From the NCBI GenBank assembly GCA_038105345.1, contig JAYOCI010000002.1, forward strand, positions 1 through 48,110: DNA of 48,110 bases. Direction: 5' to 3'. This document shows, one piece after another, positions 29,428 through 38,751 of the stretch; position 1 is the first letter of the stretch; each line of letters begins with the position of its first letter. Source of the stretch: Rhodobiaceae bacterium (lineage in GTDB: Bacteria > Pseudomonadota > Alphaproteobacteria > RS24). The notes beneath the pieces are model-generated. The model saw only the letters and a list, made by a program, of their open reading frames with translations, was not told where the DNA came from and searched no databases. The position numbers and the translations under genes were made by a program.

Positions 29428-30495
29428 ATGAGTGAACTGACACATTTAACCGAGCGGGCGCGGCATATTTTTCGTCATGTTGTCGAGAGCTATTTGGAGA
29501 CTGGCGCGCCAATTGGTTCACGAAGCCTGTCGCAAACTCTGCGGACGCAATTGTCGCCTGCCTCTATTCGCGCCACCATGGCCGAATTGGAAGCGCACGG
29601 CCTGCTCTATGCACCTCATGTTTCCGCCGGCCGCATGCCGACCCAAACCGGATTGCGCATTTTCATTGATGGCCTGTTGCAAATCGGTGAATTAAGCGAC
29701 AGCGAGCGCGAAGCCATTGCGCCGCAAATAGATGGCAGCACCAGCTTTGAGGATATTTTGCGCCAAGCCGTCGACGCCCTGTCCGGACTGAGCCAATGCG
29801 CCAGCCTGGTGATGGCGCCGAATAATGCGCAGGCCATAAAACATGTCGAATTTGTCCCGATTGCCGATGATAAAATTCTGGTCATTTTGGTCGACCAATC
29901 CAATCATGTGGAGAACCGTTTGATTGAGCGTCCGGCCGGACTTGTGCCGAGCGCATTGACCGAAGCCAGCAATTATCTCAACAGCCAATTAAATGGTCGG
30001 TCTTTGGGCGAATTGCGCCGCGACACGCAAAGGCAAATGGCAACGGTAGAAAGTGAATTGGGCAAGCTGACCACCCAATTGGTCGAAACCGGCCTCGCGC
30101 AATGGGGCGGGGACAGCCCCTCGCCGATGAGCCAGAGCAATGAAATGCTCGGCAAAAACCTGCTTGTGCGTGGCCATAGTCATTTGCTTGAGAATCTCAA
30201 TGCGATGGAAGACCTAGAGCGCATCCGGCTTTTATTTGAAGACCTCGACCGCAAAAAAGAAATGATCAGCCTATTGTCGCAAGCCGAAGAAGGTGACGGC
30301 GTAAAGATTTTCATCGGTGCCGAAACGCCGCTGTTTTCGCTATCTGGCTCCTCGGTGATTATCAGCCCCTATAAGGATAGTGATCAGCGCGTGGTTGGCG
30401 TTCTCGGTGTGATTGCGCCGACCCGCACCAATTATGCCCGCCTTATTCCCATGGTCGACCACACCGCCCAAGTGGTTACAAAATTGCTCGCTTGA
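29428..30495 (+). CDS. hrcA: heat-inducible transcriptional repressor HrcA
   Basis: N-terminal winged helix RARHIFRHVVESYLETGAPIGSRSLS, at full HrcA length. Confidence 0.93.
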   Translation: MSELTHLTERARHIFRHVVESYLETGAPIGSRSLSQTLRTQLSPASIRATMAELEAHGLLYAPHVSAGRMPTQTGLRIFIDGLLQIGELSDSEREAIAPQIDGSTSFEDILRQAVDALSGLSQCASLVMAPNNAQAIKHVEFVPIADDKILVILVDQSNHVENRLIERPAGLVPSALTEASNYLNSQLNGRSLGELRRDTQRQMATVESELGKLTTQLVETGLAQWGGDSPSPMSQSNEMLGKNLLVRGHSHLLENLNAMEDLERIRLLFEDLDRKKEMISLLSQAEEGDGVKIFIGAETPLFSLSGSSVIISPYKDSDQRVVGVLGVIAPTRTNYARLIPMVDHTAQVVTKLLA

Positions 30496-30526
30496 CGCAC
30501 CCCAAATTGATGATTAGGAAAACCCC

Positions 30527-31168
30527 ATGACCAAAGAAAATGAAAATTCTGCTGACGCCGCTGAGGCCGCATCAGCCAGCCAAGCCAACGGCGCTGACAA
30601 TAATCAATCGGCCAACGATGCACCATCTGATGCGCCATCCGATGCACAATCCGATGCGGAGTCTGTTGCAGATGTCGCCGCCGAAACCGGTGAAGAAACG
30701 CCGGCTGAGCCAAGCCCTGAAGAGCAAATTGCCGCTTTGAATGACCAATTGCTGCGGGCGCTTGCCGAATTGGAAAACACACGTCGTCGCGCCGAACGCG
30801 ATCGTGGTGATGCGCTGAAATTTGGCGCCATGAGTTTTGCCCGCGATATGTTGAGCGTCGCCGATAATATGCAGCGCGCACTGAAAGCTGCGGCCGACTT
30901 GGGCACAGAGGATTTGCCCGACGCCGCCAAAGCCATGCTCGAAGGCGTTGAGGCCACTGAGCGCGATTTGCAAGCCAGCTTGCAGCGCCACAAAGTGCTG
31001 CCCATTAACCCAATGGGCGAGAAATTTGATCCCAATCAACACGAAGCAATGTTCGAAGCCCCAGGCACGGGACAAGCGGCCGGCACGGTTATTGAGGTCA
31101 TTGAAATCGGCTATATGATGGCCGAGCGCCTGCTGCGCCCCGCGAAAGTCGGCATCGCCAAAGACTAA
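30527..31168 (+). CDS. grpE: nucleotide exchange factor GrpE
   Basis: Acidic low-complexity N-terminus, then a GrpE coiled coil (LRALAELENTRRRAERD) and a beta-domain. Confidence 0.94.
   Translation: MTKENENSADAAEAASASQANGADNNQSANDAPSDAPSDAQSDAESVADVAAETGEETPAEPSPEEQIAALNDQLLRALAELENTRRRAERDRGDALKFGAMSFARDMLSVADNMQRALKAAADLGTEDLPDAAKAMLEGVEATERDLQASLQRHKVLPINPMGEKFDPNQHEAMFEAPGTGQAAGTVIEVIEIGYMMAERLLRPAKVGIAKD
30617..30664 (+). repeat. 4 x 12-bp imperfect in-frame tandem repeat inside grpE
   Basis: gatgcaccatct / gatgcgccatcc / gatgcacaatcc / gatgcggagtct, encoding DAPS-DAPS-DAQS-DAES. Confidence 0.8.
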
Positions 31169-31169
31169 G

Positions 31170-31808
31170 CTAAATTGGCGACACCCGCCGCAGAGTCAAA
31201 TTAATGCGCCCGCCTTGGGCAAAGGCGTCATGTTGCGACAAAAGCTGACTGCTGCCATAGAGCACGCGATCAAGGCCGTGGAAATTGAGCCGCGCCGCGC
31301 CACCAAAAACAAACACATCGCCGCTATGCAATTTCAACGATTGCGTCGGCCCGCGCCGCTGCGCCCCGCCCATGCGGAAAACCGCACTATCACCGAGGGA
31401 CACGGAAACCACAGGCGCCTCGAAAGCCGCCTCATCGCGGTCTTGGTGCAGCCCCATTTTTGACCGCGGCTTATCATAATAATTGATCAAACAGCATTCG
31501 GGCGGTGCCGCACAGCCGCTCACCGCATCCCATAAATCGAGCAATATTTGCGGCATGGCCGGCCAAGGCGTCATGGTTTCGGGGTGATGTGGCTGATAGC
31601 GATAGCCGTTTTTATCCGACACCCAACCGAGCGCGCCCATATTACTCATGCGAATTGACCATGGCTGATTACTGCGCGGCATGCGCGGTTGAAACAGTGG
31701 CGCCGTCGCCAAAGCTGCGGTGATGTCGTGCAAAATTTGGCTTTGCGCCGCCGCACCCCAATATTCAGGGTAATAATCGGTTCCAGCCCCCAATATGTTG
31801 TGGTTCAT
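31170..31808 (-). CDS. alkB: Fe(II)/2-oxoglutarate-dependent DNA oxidative demethylase AlkB
   Basis: Motifs HQDRDE...VVSVSLG...HGL and RINLTLRRV. I prefer ATG 31808; the ORF maximum at 31829 is a GTG. Confidence 0.88.
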   Translation of the reverse strand: MNHNILGAGTDYYPEYWGAAAQSQILHDITAALATAPLFQPRMPRSNQPWSIRMSNMGALGWVSDKNGYRYQPHHPETMTPWPAMPQILLDLWDAVSGCAAPPECCLINYYDKPRSKMGLHQDRDEAAFEAPVVSVSLGDSAVFRMGGAQRRGPTQSLKLHSGDVFVFGGAARLNFHGLDRVLYGSSQLLSQHDAFAQGGRINLTLRRVSPI

Positions 31809-31835
31809 TTTTTTCTCGTCCTTTTGCACTCACCC

Positions 31836-31864
31836 CTTGTAGCACGGGGCCCAGCTAACTATAT
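31836..31864 (+). promoter_or_regulatory. candidate sigma-32 (RpoH)-type heat-shock promoter of dnaK-dnaJ
   Basis: caCCCTTGta at 31833-31841 matches the sigma-32 -35 core CCCTTGAA. It is followed after 18 nt by aCTATAT (31858-31864), which resembles the alphaproteobacterial RpoH -10 CYTATNT. The element lies about 60 nt upstream of the dnaK ATG. Confidence 0.4.
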
Positions 31865-31922
31865 AAAGCCCAGATATGAATTGGCGAACTGGCCTGTAGA
31901 TTAAACGAAAAGTGAGAGAAAA

Positions 31923-33842
31923 ATGGGAAAAGTAATTGGCATTGACTTGGGTACAACAAATAGTTGCGTCGCCGTTATGGATGGCAGCACACCCAAAGTA
32001 ATCGAAAACGCCGAGGGCGCGCGCACAACGCCATCTATGGTGGCCTTTACCGCTGATGGCGAAAAACTGGTTGGACAGCCGGCCAAACGTCAGGCCGTGA
32101 CCAATCCGGAAAACACATTATTCGCCATCAAACGGCTGATTGGTCGTCGCTTTAGCGATCCGGCCACCAAAAAAGATATGGATATGGTGCCTTATAATAT
32201 CGTGGCCTCTGAAGGTGGCGACGCTTGGGTCAAAGCCAATGATGAAACCTATTCACCATCGCAAATCTCGGCCTTTATTTTGCAAAAAATGAAAGAGACA
32301 GCGGAAGATTATCTTGGTGAGAAAGTCACCCAAGCGGTGATTACCGTGCCAGCCTATTTTAACGACGCCCAGCGCCAAGCCACGAAAGATGGCGGTAAAA
32401 TTGCTGGCCTCGAAGTGCTGCGTATCATCAATGAGCCAACCGCGGCCTCTTTGGCTTATGGCCTAGATAAAAACGACGGCCAAACCATCGCCGTTTATGA
32501 CCTTGGTGGCGGTACATTTGACGTCTCTATTCTTGAAATTGGTGACGGTGTTTTTGAAGTGAAATCAACCAATGGTGACACATTCCTCGGCGGCGAGGAC
32601 TTTGACATGGCGCTGGTTGAGCATTTGGCTGCCGAATTCAAAAAAGAAAATGGCGTTGATTTGACCAGCGACAAGCTGGCCCTGCAGCGTTTGAAAGAAG
32701 CTGCTGAGAAAGCCAAAATTGAGCTGTCATCATCAAGCGCAACTGAAATCAACTTGCCATTCATCACCGCTGACGCCAGCGGCCCGAAACACTTGAACAT
32801 GAAATTGACCCGCTCGGCTTTTGAGGCCTTGGTCGACAAGCTGGTGCAGCGCACTCGCAAGCCATGCGAAGACGCGCTGAAAGATGCCGGCATTAAATTG
32901 TCTGACATTGATGAAGTGGTGCTGGTCGGCGGGCAAACCCGTATGCCGCGAATTCGCGAATTCGTGAAAGATGTGTTCGGTAAAGAACCAAATATGAGTG
33001 TGAACCCAGACGAAGTCGTGGCCATGGGCGCGGCTATTCAAGCTGGTGTGTTGCAGGGCGATGTGAAAGACGTTCTATTGCTTGACGTGACCCCGCTGTC
33101 GCTGGGCATTGAAACTTTGGGCGGCGTATTTACCCGCCTGATTGACCGCAACACGACAATTCCAACGAAAAAATCGCAAGTCTTCTCAACCGCTGATGAC
33201 AATCAATCTGCGGTGACCATTTCAGTGTGTCAGGGCGAGCGCGAAATGGCGGCCGATAATAAAAACCTCGGTCAGTTCAACCTTGAGGGCATTCCACCCG
33301 CACCGCGCGGCGTGCCACAAATTGAAGTGACTTTCGACATTGACGCCAATGGTTTGGTCAATGTGTCAGCCACCGATAAAGCGACAGGCAAAGAACAAGC
33401 CATTCGCATTGAAGCCTCTGGCGGCCTGTCAGACGACGATATTGAACAAATGGTCAAAGACGCCGAAGCCAATGCGGCGGCCGATAAAGAGCGCCGCGAG
33501 TCGGTTGAAGCACGCAATAATGCGGAAGGGCTTATCCATGCGACGGAAAAATCAATCAGTGAAAACGAAGAGCTGATTGATGGAGCCGATAAGGAAGCCG
33601 CCGAAGCCGCTATTGCTGAGCTGAAAACGGCACTTGAAGGCGAGGACAATGAGGCGATTAATGAAAAAGCCCAAGCCTTGTCGCAAGCGGCAATGAAAAT
33701 TGGCGAAGCCATTTACAAAGCCCAGCAAGCAGAAAGTGAAGCTGCTGCTGCAGCCGATGCCAATGGTGGCGATGAAAATATTGTCGATGCAGAATTCGAA
33801 GAAGTTGTCGATGAGGACGCAGACGATCAAAAGGCATCGTAA
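31923..33842 (+). CDS. dnaK: molecular chaperone DnaK (Hsp70)
   Basis: [21 protein letters not shown], and full-length Hsp70. Confidence 0.98.
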   Translation: MGKVIGIDLGTTNSCVAVMDGSTPKVIENAEGARTTPSMVAFTADGEKLVGQPAKRQAVTNPENTLFAIKRLIGRRFSDPATKKDMDMVPYNIVASEGGDAWVKANDETYSPSQISAFILQKMKETAEDYLGEKVTQAVITVPAYFNDAQRQATKDGGKIAGLEVLRIINEPTAASLAYGLDKNDGQTIAVYDLGGGTFDVSILEIGDGVFEVKSTNGDTFLGGEDFDMALVEHLAAEFKKENGVDLTSDKLALQRLKEAAEKAKIELSSSSATEINLPFITADASGPKHLNMKLTRSAFEALVDKLVQRTRKPCEDALKDAGIKLSDIDEVVLVGGQTRMPRIREFVKDVFGKEPNMSVNPDEVVAMGAAIQAGVLQGDVKDVLLLDVTPLSLGIETLGGVFTRLIDRNTTIPTKKSQVFSTADDNQSAVTISVCQGEREMAADNKNLGQFNLEGIPPAPRGVPQIEVTFDIDANGLVNVSATDKATGKEQAIRIEASGGLSDDDIEQMVKDAEANAAADKERRESVEARNNAEGLIHATEKSISENEELIDGADKEAAEAAIAELKTALEGEDNEAINEKAQALSQAAMKIGEAIYKAQQAESEAAAAADANGGDENIVDAEFEEVVDEDADDQKAS

Positions 33843-33881
33843 GGCGACCGCCCGCTGACCTTTTGAGACAGGAGCCGTCGT

Positions 33882-35006
33882 ATGGCGAAAACCGATTTCT
33901 ATGAACAGCTCGGCGTTGACCGTTCGGCCAATGCGGCTGAGCTGAAGTCGGCTTATCGCAAGCTTGCCAAAAAATATCACCCGGACGTCAATCCGGGCGA
34001 TGCGGCGGCAGAGCAAAAGTTCAAAGAAGTCTCGGAAGCCTATGACGTGCTCAAAGACGAGCAACGCCGCGCCGCCTATGACCAATATGGCCACGCCGCC
34101 TTTGAAAATGGTAGGGGTGGCAATGCTGGCGGTGGCGGTTTTGGCGGCGGCTTCGGCGACTTTGGCGGCATGGGCGATATTTTCGAAGAATTCTTCGGCG
34201 GCCAACGTCGGCAACAACGTCAACAAGCCCGCCGCGGTGGTGATTTACGCATTGAAATTGAGATCACCCTCGAAGACGCGTTCAACGCCACTGAAAAGCA
34301 AATTAATCTGACCCGCGCTGGTGCGTGCGGCACGTGTAATGGCTCGGGCGCCCGTGATGGCAGCGCCCCGACCACATGCGGTGTGTGTAATGGCCACGGC
34401 AAAGTGCGCGCTCAGCAGGGTTTCTTCATGGTCGAGCGGGCTTGTCATAATTGCCAAGGGCGCGGCCAAGTTGTGCAAGACCCATGCGGCGATTGCCGCG
34501 GACGCGGCACAAGCCAACAACAGCGCAATTTGACCGTATCCGTGCCAGCCGGCGTCGAAGATGGCACACGCATTCGTCTTTCCGGCGAAGGCAATGCTGG
34601 TGGGCCGGGTGCTACGCCGGGCGATTTATCTGTTTTTGTCAACGTCCGCCCTCACGCATAATTGCAGCGTGATGGGGCTGATTTGATGTGCGCCATCCCG
34701 ATTGCTTTCGACTTGGCGGCAAGTGGCGGCACGCTGAATGTGCCATTGCTCAACGGCAAGCGGGTGAAGCTGAATATTCCAAGCGGCGCCCAATCCGGCC
34801 AGCAATTCCGCCTGCGCGGCAAGGGCATGCCGGTTTTGCGTTCGCGTTCGCATGGCGACCTCTATGTGCAGATTGAGGTTGAAGTGCCGAGCGGGTTGAA
34901 CAAAAAACAGCAAGCCTTGCTCGATGCCTTCACCGAAAGCCTGAGCGAGGATAATTATCCCGACGTCAAAGATTTCGGCACAAGAAGCAATAATGCCAAT
35001 AGCTAA
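33882..35006 (+). pseudogene. dnaJ: molecular chaperone DnaJ interrupted by one in-frame TAA (34659-34661)
   Basis: ORFs 33882..34661 and 34662..35006 are contiguous in the same frame. The first carries the J domain (HPD), a G/F region and four CxxCxGxG repeats. The second carries the C-terminal substrate-binding and dimerisation part. The junction reads GDLSVFVNVRPHA*LQRDGADLMCAIPI, colinear with intact DnaJ. Confidence 0.93.
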
Positions 35007-35035
35007 GCGGCCAGTGCCCTGCTATATTTAGGCTT

Positions 35036-35833
35036 ATGAGATTAGTAGTAAATGGATGTGCGGGTCGTATGGGGCAGAGCCTCGTGAGACTCATTCAAGC
35101 CGATAGCGGGTTAACCCTTGTCGGTGGTTTGGAGCAGGCCGGAAGCAGCGCCTTAGGGGCCGATTTGGGCAGTCTGGCGGGCATGGCGCCGATTGGCGTC
35201 ACAGCCAGCGATAATTACCTCGATCTATTAGCCAATACGGATGCGGTGATTGATTTCACCACGCCTGAAGCCAGCGTCGAGCTGGCCGCCGCGGCCGCCC
35301 AAGCGCGCATTGTGCACGTCATTGGCACCACTGGTTTTGATGCGGCGCAAGAAGACGCCATTGCCGCTGCTGGCCGCCATGCGATGATTGTCAAATCCGG
35401 CAATATGAGCCTCGGGGTTAATCTTTTGGCAGGCTTGGTGGCACAGGCGGCGAGCGCCTTGGGTGACGATTGGGACATAGAAATTTTTGACATGCACCAC
35501 CGCCATAAAGTCGATGCGCCTTCCGGCACAGCTTTGCTCTTGGGTGAAGCGGCGGCGACAGCAAGGGGCGTTGCGCTGACAGACAAAATGCAATCAGGTC
35601 GCGACGGCATCACCGAAGCGCGGCAAGCCGGCGACATTGGCTTTAGCGCCTTGCGTGGCGGCAGCGTGGTCGGCGATCATGAAGTTATTTTTGCCGGTGA
35701 CAGCGAACAAATTCGCCTGACCCATCGGGCTGAAAACCGAGATATTTTTGCTCGCGGCGCGCTAAAAGCCGCGCAATGGGCGACTGGGCAAAAGCCTGGT
35801 GTATATTCAATGCAAGACGTGCTCGGCCTCTAG
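35036..35833 (+). CDS. dapB: 4-hydroxy-tetrahydrodipicolinate reductase
   Basis: GCAGRMG dinucleotide motif and [13 protein letters not shown]. Confidence 0.94.
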   Translation: MRLVVNGCAGRMGQSLVRLIQADSGLTLVGGLEQAGSSALGADLGSLAGMAPIGVTASDNYLDLLANTDAVIDFTTPEASVELAAAAAQARIVHVIGTTGFDAAQEDAIAAAGRHAMIVKSGNMSLGVNLLAGLVAQAASALGDDWDIEIFDMHHRHKVDAPSGTALLLGEAAATARGVALTDKMQSGRDGITEARQAGDIGFSALRGGSVVGDHEVIFAGDSEQIRLTHRAENRDIFARGALKAAQWATGQKPGVYSMQDVLGL

Positions 35834-35859
35834 CCGCACCAAATTCAAGGGGAAATTAA

Positions 35860-36477
35860 ATGAGCCAACTCGTTCTCGTGCGCCATGGGCAAAGTGAGTG
35901 GAATGAAAAAAACCTGTTTACCGGCTGGCGCGATCCAGATTTGACAGCCAAGGGCGTTGAAGAAGCGCGCGCCGCGGGCCGCGCCCTGAAGGCAGCGGGG
36001 GCAGAATTTGATCTCGGCTATACGTCCAATTTGCAGCGGGCGCAAAAAACCTGCGCTCTGCTCTTAGAAGAATTGCAATGCACCGACTTGCCAGTCACCC
36101 GCCATGAAAAATTAAACGAACGCGATTATGGCGACCTATCGGGTCTGAACAAAGATGACGCGCGCGAAAAATGGGGCGAGGAGCAAGTGCATATTTGGCG
36201 TCGTTCCTTCGATATTCCCCCGCCCGGTGGCGAGAGCCTGAAGGATACGGCGGATCGGGTTTTGCCCTATTTCGATGCTGAAATTATGCCGCAAATCAAA
36301 GCGGGTAAAAATATTCTCATCGCCGCCCATGGCAATTCTCTGCGCGCCTTGGTGATGCGCCTTGATGGTTTGACCAGCGAGGAAATCATTGAGGTGAATA
36401 TCGGCACTGGCGAGCCTTATTGCTATCAGCTTGATGCCAATGGTGCGGTGCTCAGCAAGAAAATTCTCGCCACTTAA
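35860..36477 (+). CDS. gpmA: 2,3-bisphosphoglycerate-dependent phosphoglycerate mutase
   Basis: RHGQSEWN phosphohistidine motif and [10 protein letters not shown]. Confidence 0.94.
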   Translation: MSQLVLVRHGQSEWNEKNLFTGWRDPDLTAKGVEEARAAGRALKAAGAEFDLGYTSNLQRAQKTCALLLEELQCTDLPVTRHEKLNERDYGDLSGLNKDDAREKWGEEQVHIWRRSFDIPPPGGESLKDTADRVLPYFDAEIMPQIKAGKNILIAAHGNSLRALVMRLDGLTSEEIIEVNIGTGEPYCYQLDANGAVLSKKILAT

Positions 36478-36478
36478 A

Positions 36479-36961
36479 TTAGTGCACTGTATCGGGCGCT
36501 TTATGGCTGGATAACGCATTGCGCAATTGACCGGCCAATCCGACGCGCTCCTCTGGCGACAAAAATCCGCCAATGCAGACATATTTGCCATGCGACGACA
36601 ATATGAGCGCGCCAATTTCATCTAATTCGGCGCCTTCGCGCTCTAGCGTGAGCCGCACCCAATAGGGGTTGAAGTGCCACGAGCGCTCGTGTCCGGCGGC
36701 GCTCACTTGGGTGACGGTCAGGCGATCATCTTTCAATTCAATTTTTTCGTGCCGTCGAGCGTGGCGATAATTGAGTTTGAAAAAAACATAGAGAAGAATG
36801 ATATCAAGGCCGAAAAAGCCAAACACTGGCCAAGCGCCAAGCGCCCAAAAAAACCCGCCGGCCACCAAGCTAATGGCGGCGAAACAGATAATCAGAATTG
36901 AGAAGCCGCGCGCCGACAAAGACACATTCGGCCGCAGGACAAAAGAAAGCCCTGCCGACAT
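36479..36961 (-). CDS. DUF2244-type integral membrane protein
   Basis: Two TM helices, then a conserved soluble tail (NPYWVRL...). ATG 36961 has AGGAAAAG upstream; the ORF maximum at 37000 lacks a ribosome-binding site. Confidence 0.7.
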   Translation of the reverse strand: MSAGLSFVLRPNVSLSARGFSILIICFAAISLVAGGFFWALGAWPVFGFFGLDIILLYVFFKLNYRHARRHEKIELKDDRLTVTQVSAAGHERSWHFNPYWVRLTLEREGAELDEIGALILSSHGKYVCIGGFLSPEERVGLAGQLRNALSSHKAPDTVH

Positions 36962-37058
36962 GTCGACTTTTCCTGATCTGTTATATGTGTCCGTTACCAT
37001 GGGTGAAAAATAGGCCTAAAGGGCATTAAAACAAGGCGGCGTGTAAAAATTCCCTGAG

Positions 37059-37087
37059 TTGCCATCATGCTTCCGGACGCTTAGGAT
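37059..37087 (+). promoter_or_regulatory. candidate sigma-70-type promoter of nth
   Basis: TTGCCA-N17-TAGGAT, with the -10 hexamer ending 5 nt before the nth ATG. TAGGAT also contains the only SD-like AGGA. Confidence 0.3.
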
Positions 37088-37092
37088 AGGGC

Positions 37093-37728
37093 ATGAAAAA
37101 GGCAGATATTCTCAGGTTTTTTGAACGGCTCTCCCAAACCGCAAGCGAACCCCAAACAGAATTGAATTTTACTAATGATTTCACATTATTAGTCGCTGTC
37201 GTGCTGTCTGCGCAAGCGACCGATAAAGGGGTTAATAAGGCCACGCAAAGCCTGTTCAAGAAAGCCGACACGCCAAGCAAAATGGCGGCTCTGGGCGAAA
37301 GCCAAATTCGCGAGGAAATTAAAACCATTGGGCTTTACCGCAATAAAGCGAAAAATGTTCTCGCCCTGTCAGAAATTCTACGCGACCAGTTTGATGGTGT
37401 GGTGCCGCGCGATCGCGACACACTTATGAGCCTGCCCGGCGTTGGTCGCAAAACCGCCAATGTGGTGATGAATGAAGCCTTTGGCGAAGCGACATTTGCT
37501 GTCGATACGCATGTTTTCCGGCTCGGCAATCGCACCGGACTGGCGCCCGGCAAAACCGTATTGGAGGTCGAGAAAAAACTCGATAAGCGCGTGCCCGACC
37601 CGTACCGCCTCCACGCCCACCATTGGCTGATTTTACATGGCCGATATGTATGTGTTGCGCGTAAACCAAAATGCTATGAATGCGTGGTTGCCGATTTATG
37701 CAGCTTCCGCGCCAAAACCCAGCTTTAA
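37093..37728 (+). CDS. nth: endonuclease III
   Basis: HhH-GPD motif LPGVGRKTANVV and a 4Fe-4S ligand pattern C-X6-C-X2-C-X5-C (CVARKPKCYECVVADLC). Confidence 0.95.
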   Translation: MKKADILRFFERLSQTASEPQTELNFTNDFTLLVAVVLSAQATDKGVNKATQSLFKKADTPSKMAALGESQIREEIKTIGLYRNKAKNVLALSEILRDQFDGVVPRDRDTLMSLPGVGRKTANVVMNEAFGEATFAVDTHVFRLGNRTGLAPGKTVLEVEKKLDKRVPDPYRLHAHHWLILHGRYVCVARKPKCYECVVADLCSFRAKTQL

Positions 37729-37746
37729 CCCTTAAAGGAAACCATC

Positions 37747-38751
37747 ATGTCATCCACACTAATCACCGGAATGGGCGCCGCCCTTGTTGATTTATTCGCC
37801 AATGTCAGCGACCAACAATTGCAAGAATTAGGAAGCGCCAAAGCCTCCATGTCCTTGATTGACGCGGCGCAATCCATGCGCTTGCAAAGCGGCGTCGAGG
37901 TACACAGCCAACGGCCCGGCGGCTCAGCCGCTAACACAGTGGCCGGCATTGCGGCTCTTGGTCAGGCGGCAGGGTTTTTGGGCAAGACCGGTGATGACGC
38001 GCTTGGCCAAGTTTTTAGCGCCGCCTTCGAAGCCTTAAATGTCAGTTTTCCCGTCACCCCCTGCGACGCCAGTCAGCACCCGACCGGCCATTGTTTGGTG
38101 CTCATCACCCCCGATGCCGAGCGCACCATGCATACTGTGCTTGGCGCATCGGTGATGACGGCGCGCGATGATATGGACAGTGATTTGCTGGCCCGTACCG
38201 GCTTATTATTCTCTGAAGGATATGTTTGGGACAGCCCGTCAGCGCGCGACGGATTTTTGAGCGCCGCTGAAACCGTGCGCGCGCAGGGCGGCAAGATTGC
38301 TTTTTCACTATCCGACGGATTTTGCGTCGAGCGACATCACGCAGACTTCCTAGCTTTGCTTGACGGCCAAGTCGACATTGTGCTGGCCAATAAAGTCGAA
38401 GCCGAGGCCTTGTTTGGCTGCAGCGATAGCGCCGGTTTGGCGGCCCAAATGCGCGATAAAAATGTGCTGTTATCGGTGACACTGGGAGCCGAAGGGGCGC
38501 TGATTGTCGACGCCGACGGCGCCAGCCTCGTAGCGGCAGAGCCCGTCGCAGATGTTGTCGATTTAACCGGCGCTGGCGACCAATATGCGGCAGGCTTCTT
38601 GGCCGCCCTGCACAATGGCGTTAACCCGAAACAGGCGGCTCACATTGGCCATTTGGCGGCGGCGGAAGTGATCCGTCATATTGGCCCGCGGCCGCAATCG
38701 GATGTGCGTGCGCTGCTGGCAAAAAACGGGCTTGAATTTATCTCGGGCTAG
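37747..38751 (+). CDS. adenosine kinase / PfkB-family ribokinase-like sugar kinase
   Basis: PfkB signature [19 protein letters not shown] lies 8 nt upstream of the ATG. Confidence 0.85.
   Translation: MSSTLITGMGAALVDLFANVSDQQLQELGSAKASMSLIDAAQSMRLQSGVEVHSQRPGGSAANTVAGIAALGQAAGFLGKTGDDALGQVFSAAFEALNVSFPVTPCDASQHPTGHCLVLITPDAERTMHTVLGASVMTARDDMDSDLLARTGLLFSEGYVWDSPSARDGFLSAAETVRAQGGKIAFSLSDGFCVERHHADFLALLDGQVDIVLANKVEAEALFGCSDSAGLAAQMRDKNVLLSVTLGAEGALIVDADGASLVAAEPVADVVDLTGAGDQYAAGFLAALHNGVNPKQAAHIGHLAAAEVIRHIGPRPQSDVRALLAKNGLEFISG

Noticed and set aside
31822-31830. CIRCE operator upstream of dnaK
   Set aside because: Only the left arm is present (TTTGCACTC, 8 of 9 positions). The sequence 9 nt downstream (agcacgggg) does not resemble GAGTGCTAA.
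31850-31857. Repeated 8-mer CCCAGCTA, upstream of dnaK (31850-31857) and in the tim44/fxsA spacer (44179-44186), with the variant CCCAGCTT at 44132-44139
   Set aside because: An 8-mer recurring once or twice in about 96 kb of two-strand sequence is within chance expectation, and there is no extended similarity around it.
33552-34226. 224-aa minus-strand ORF bridging the dnaK 3' end, the spacer and the dnaJ 5' end
   Set aside because: It is antisense to two highly conserved chaperone genes and has no recognisable domain, so the open frame is coincidental.
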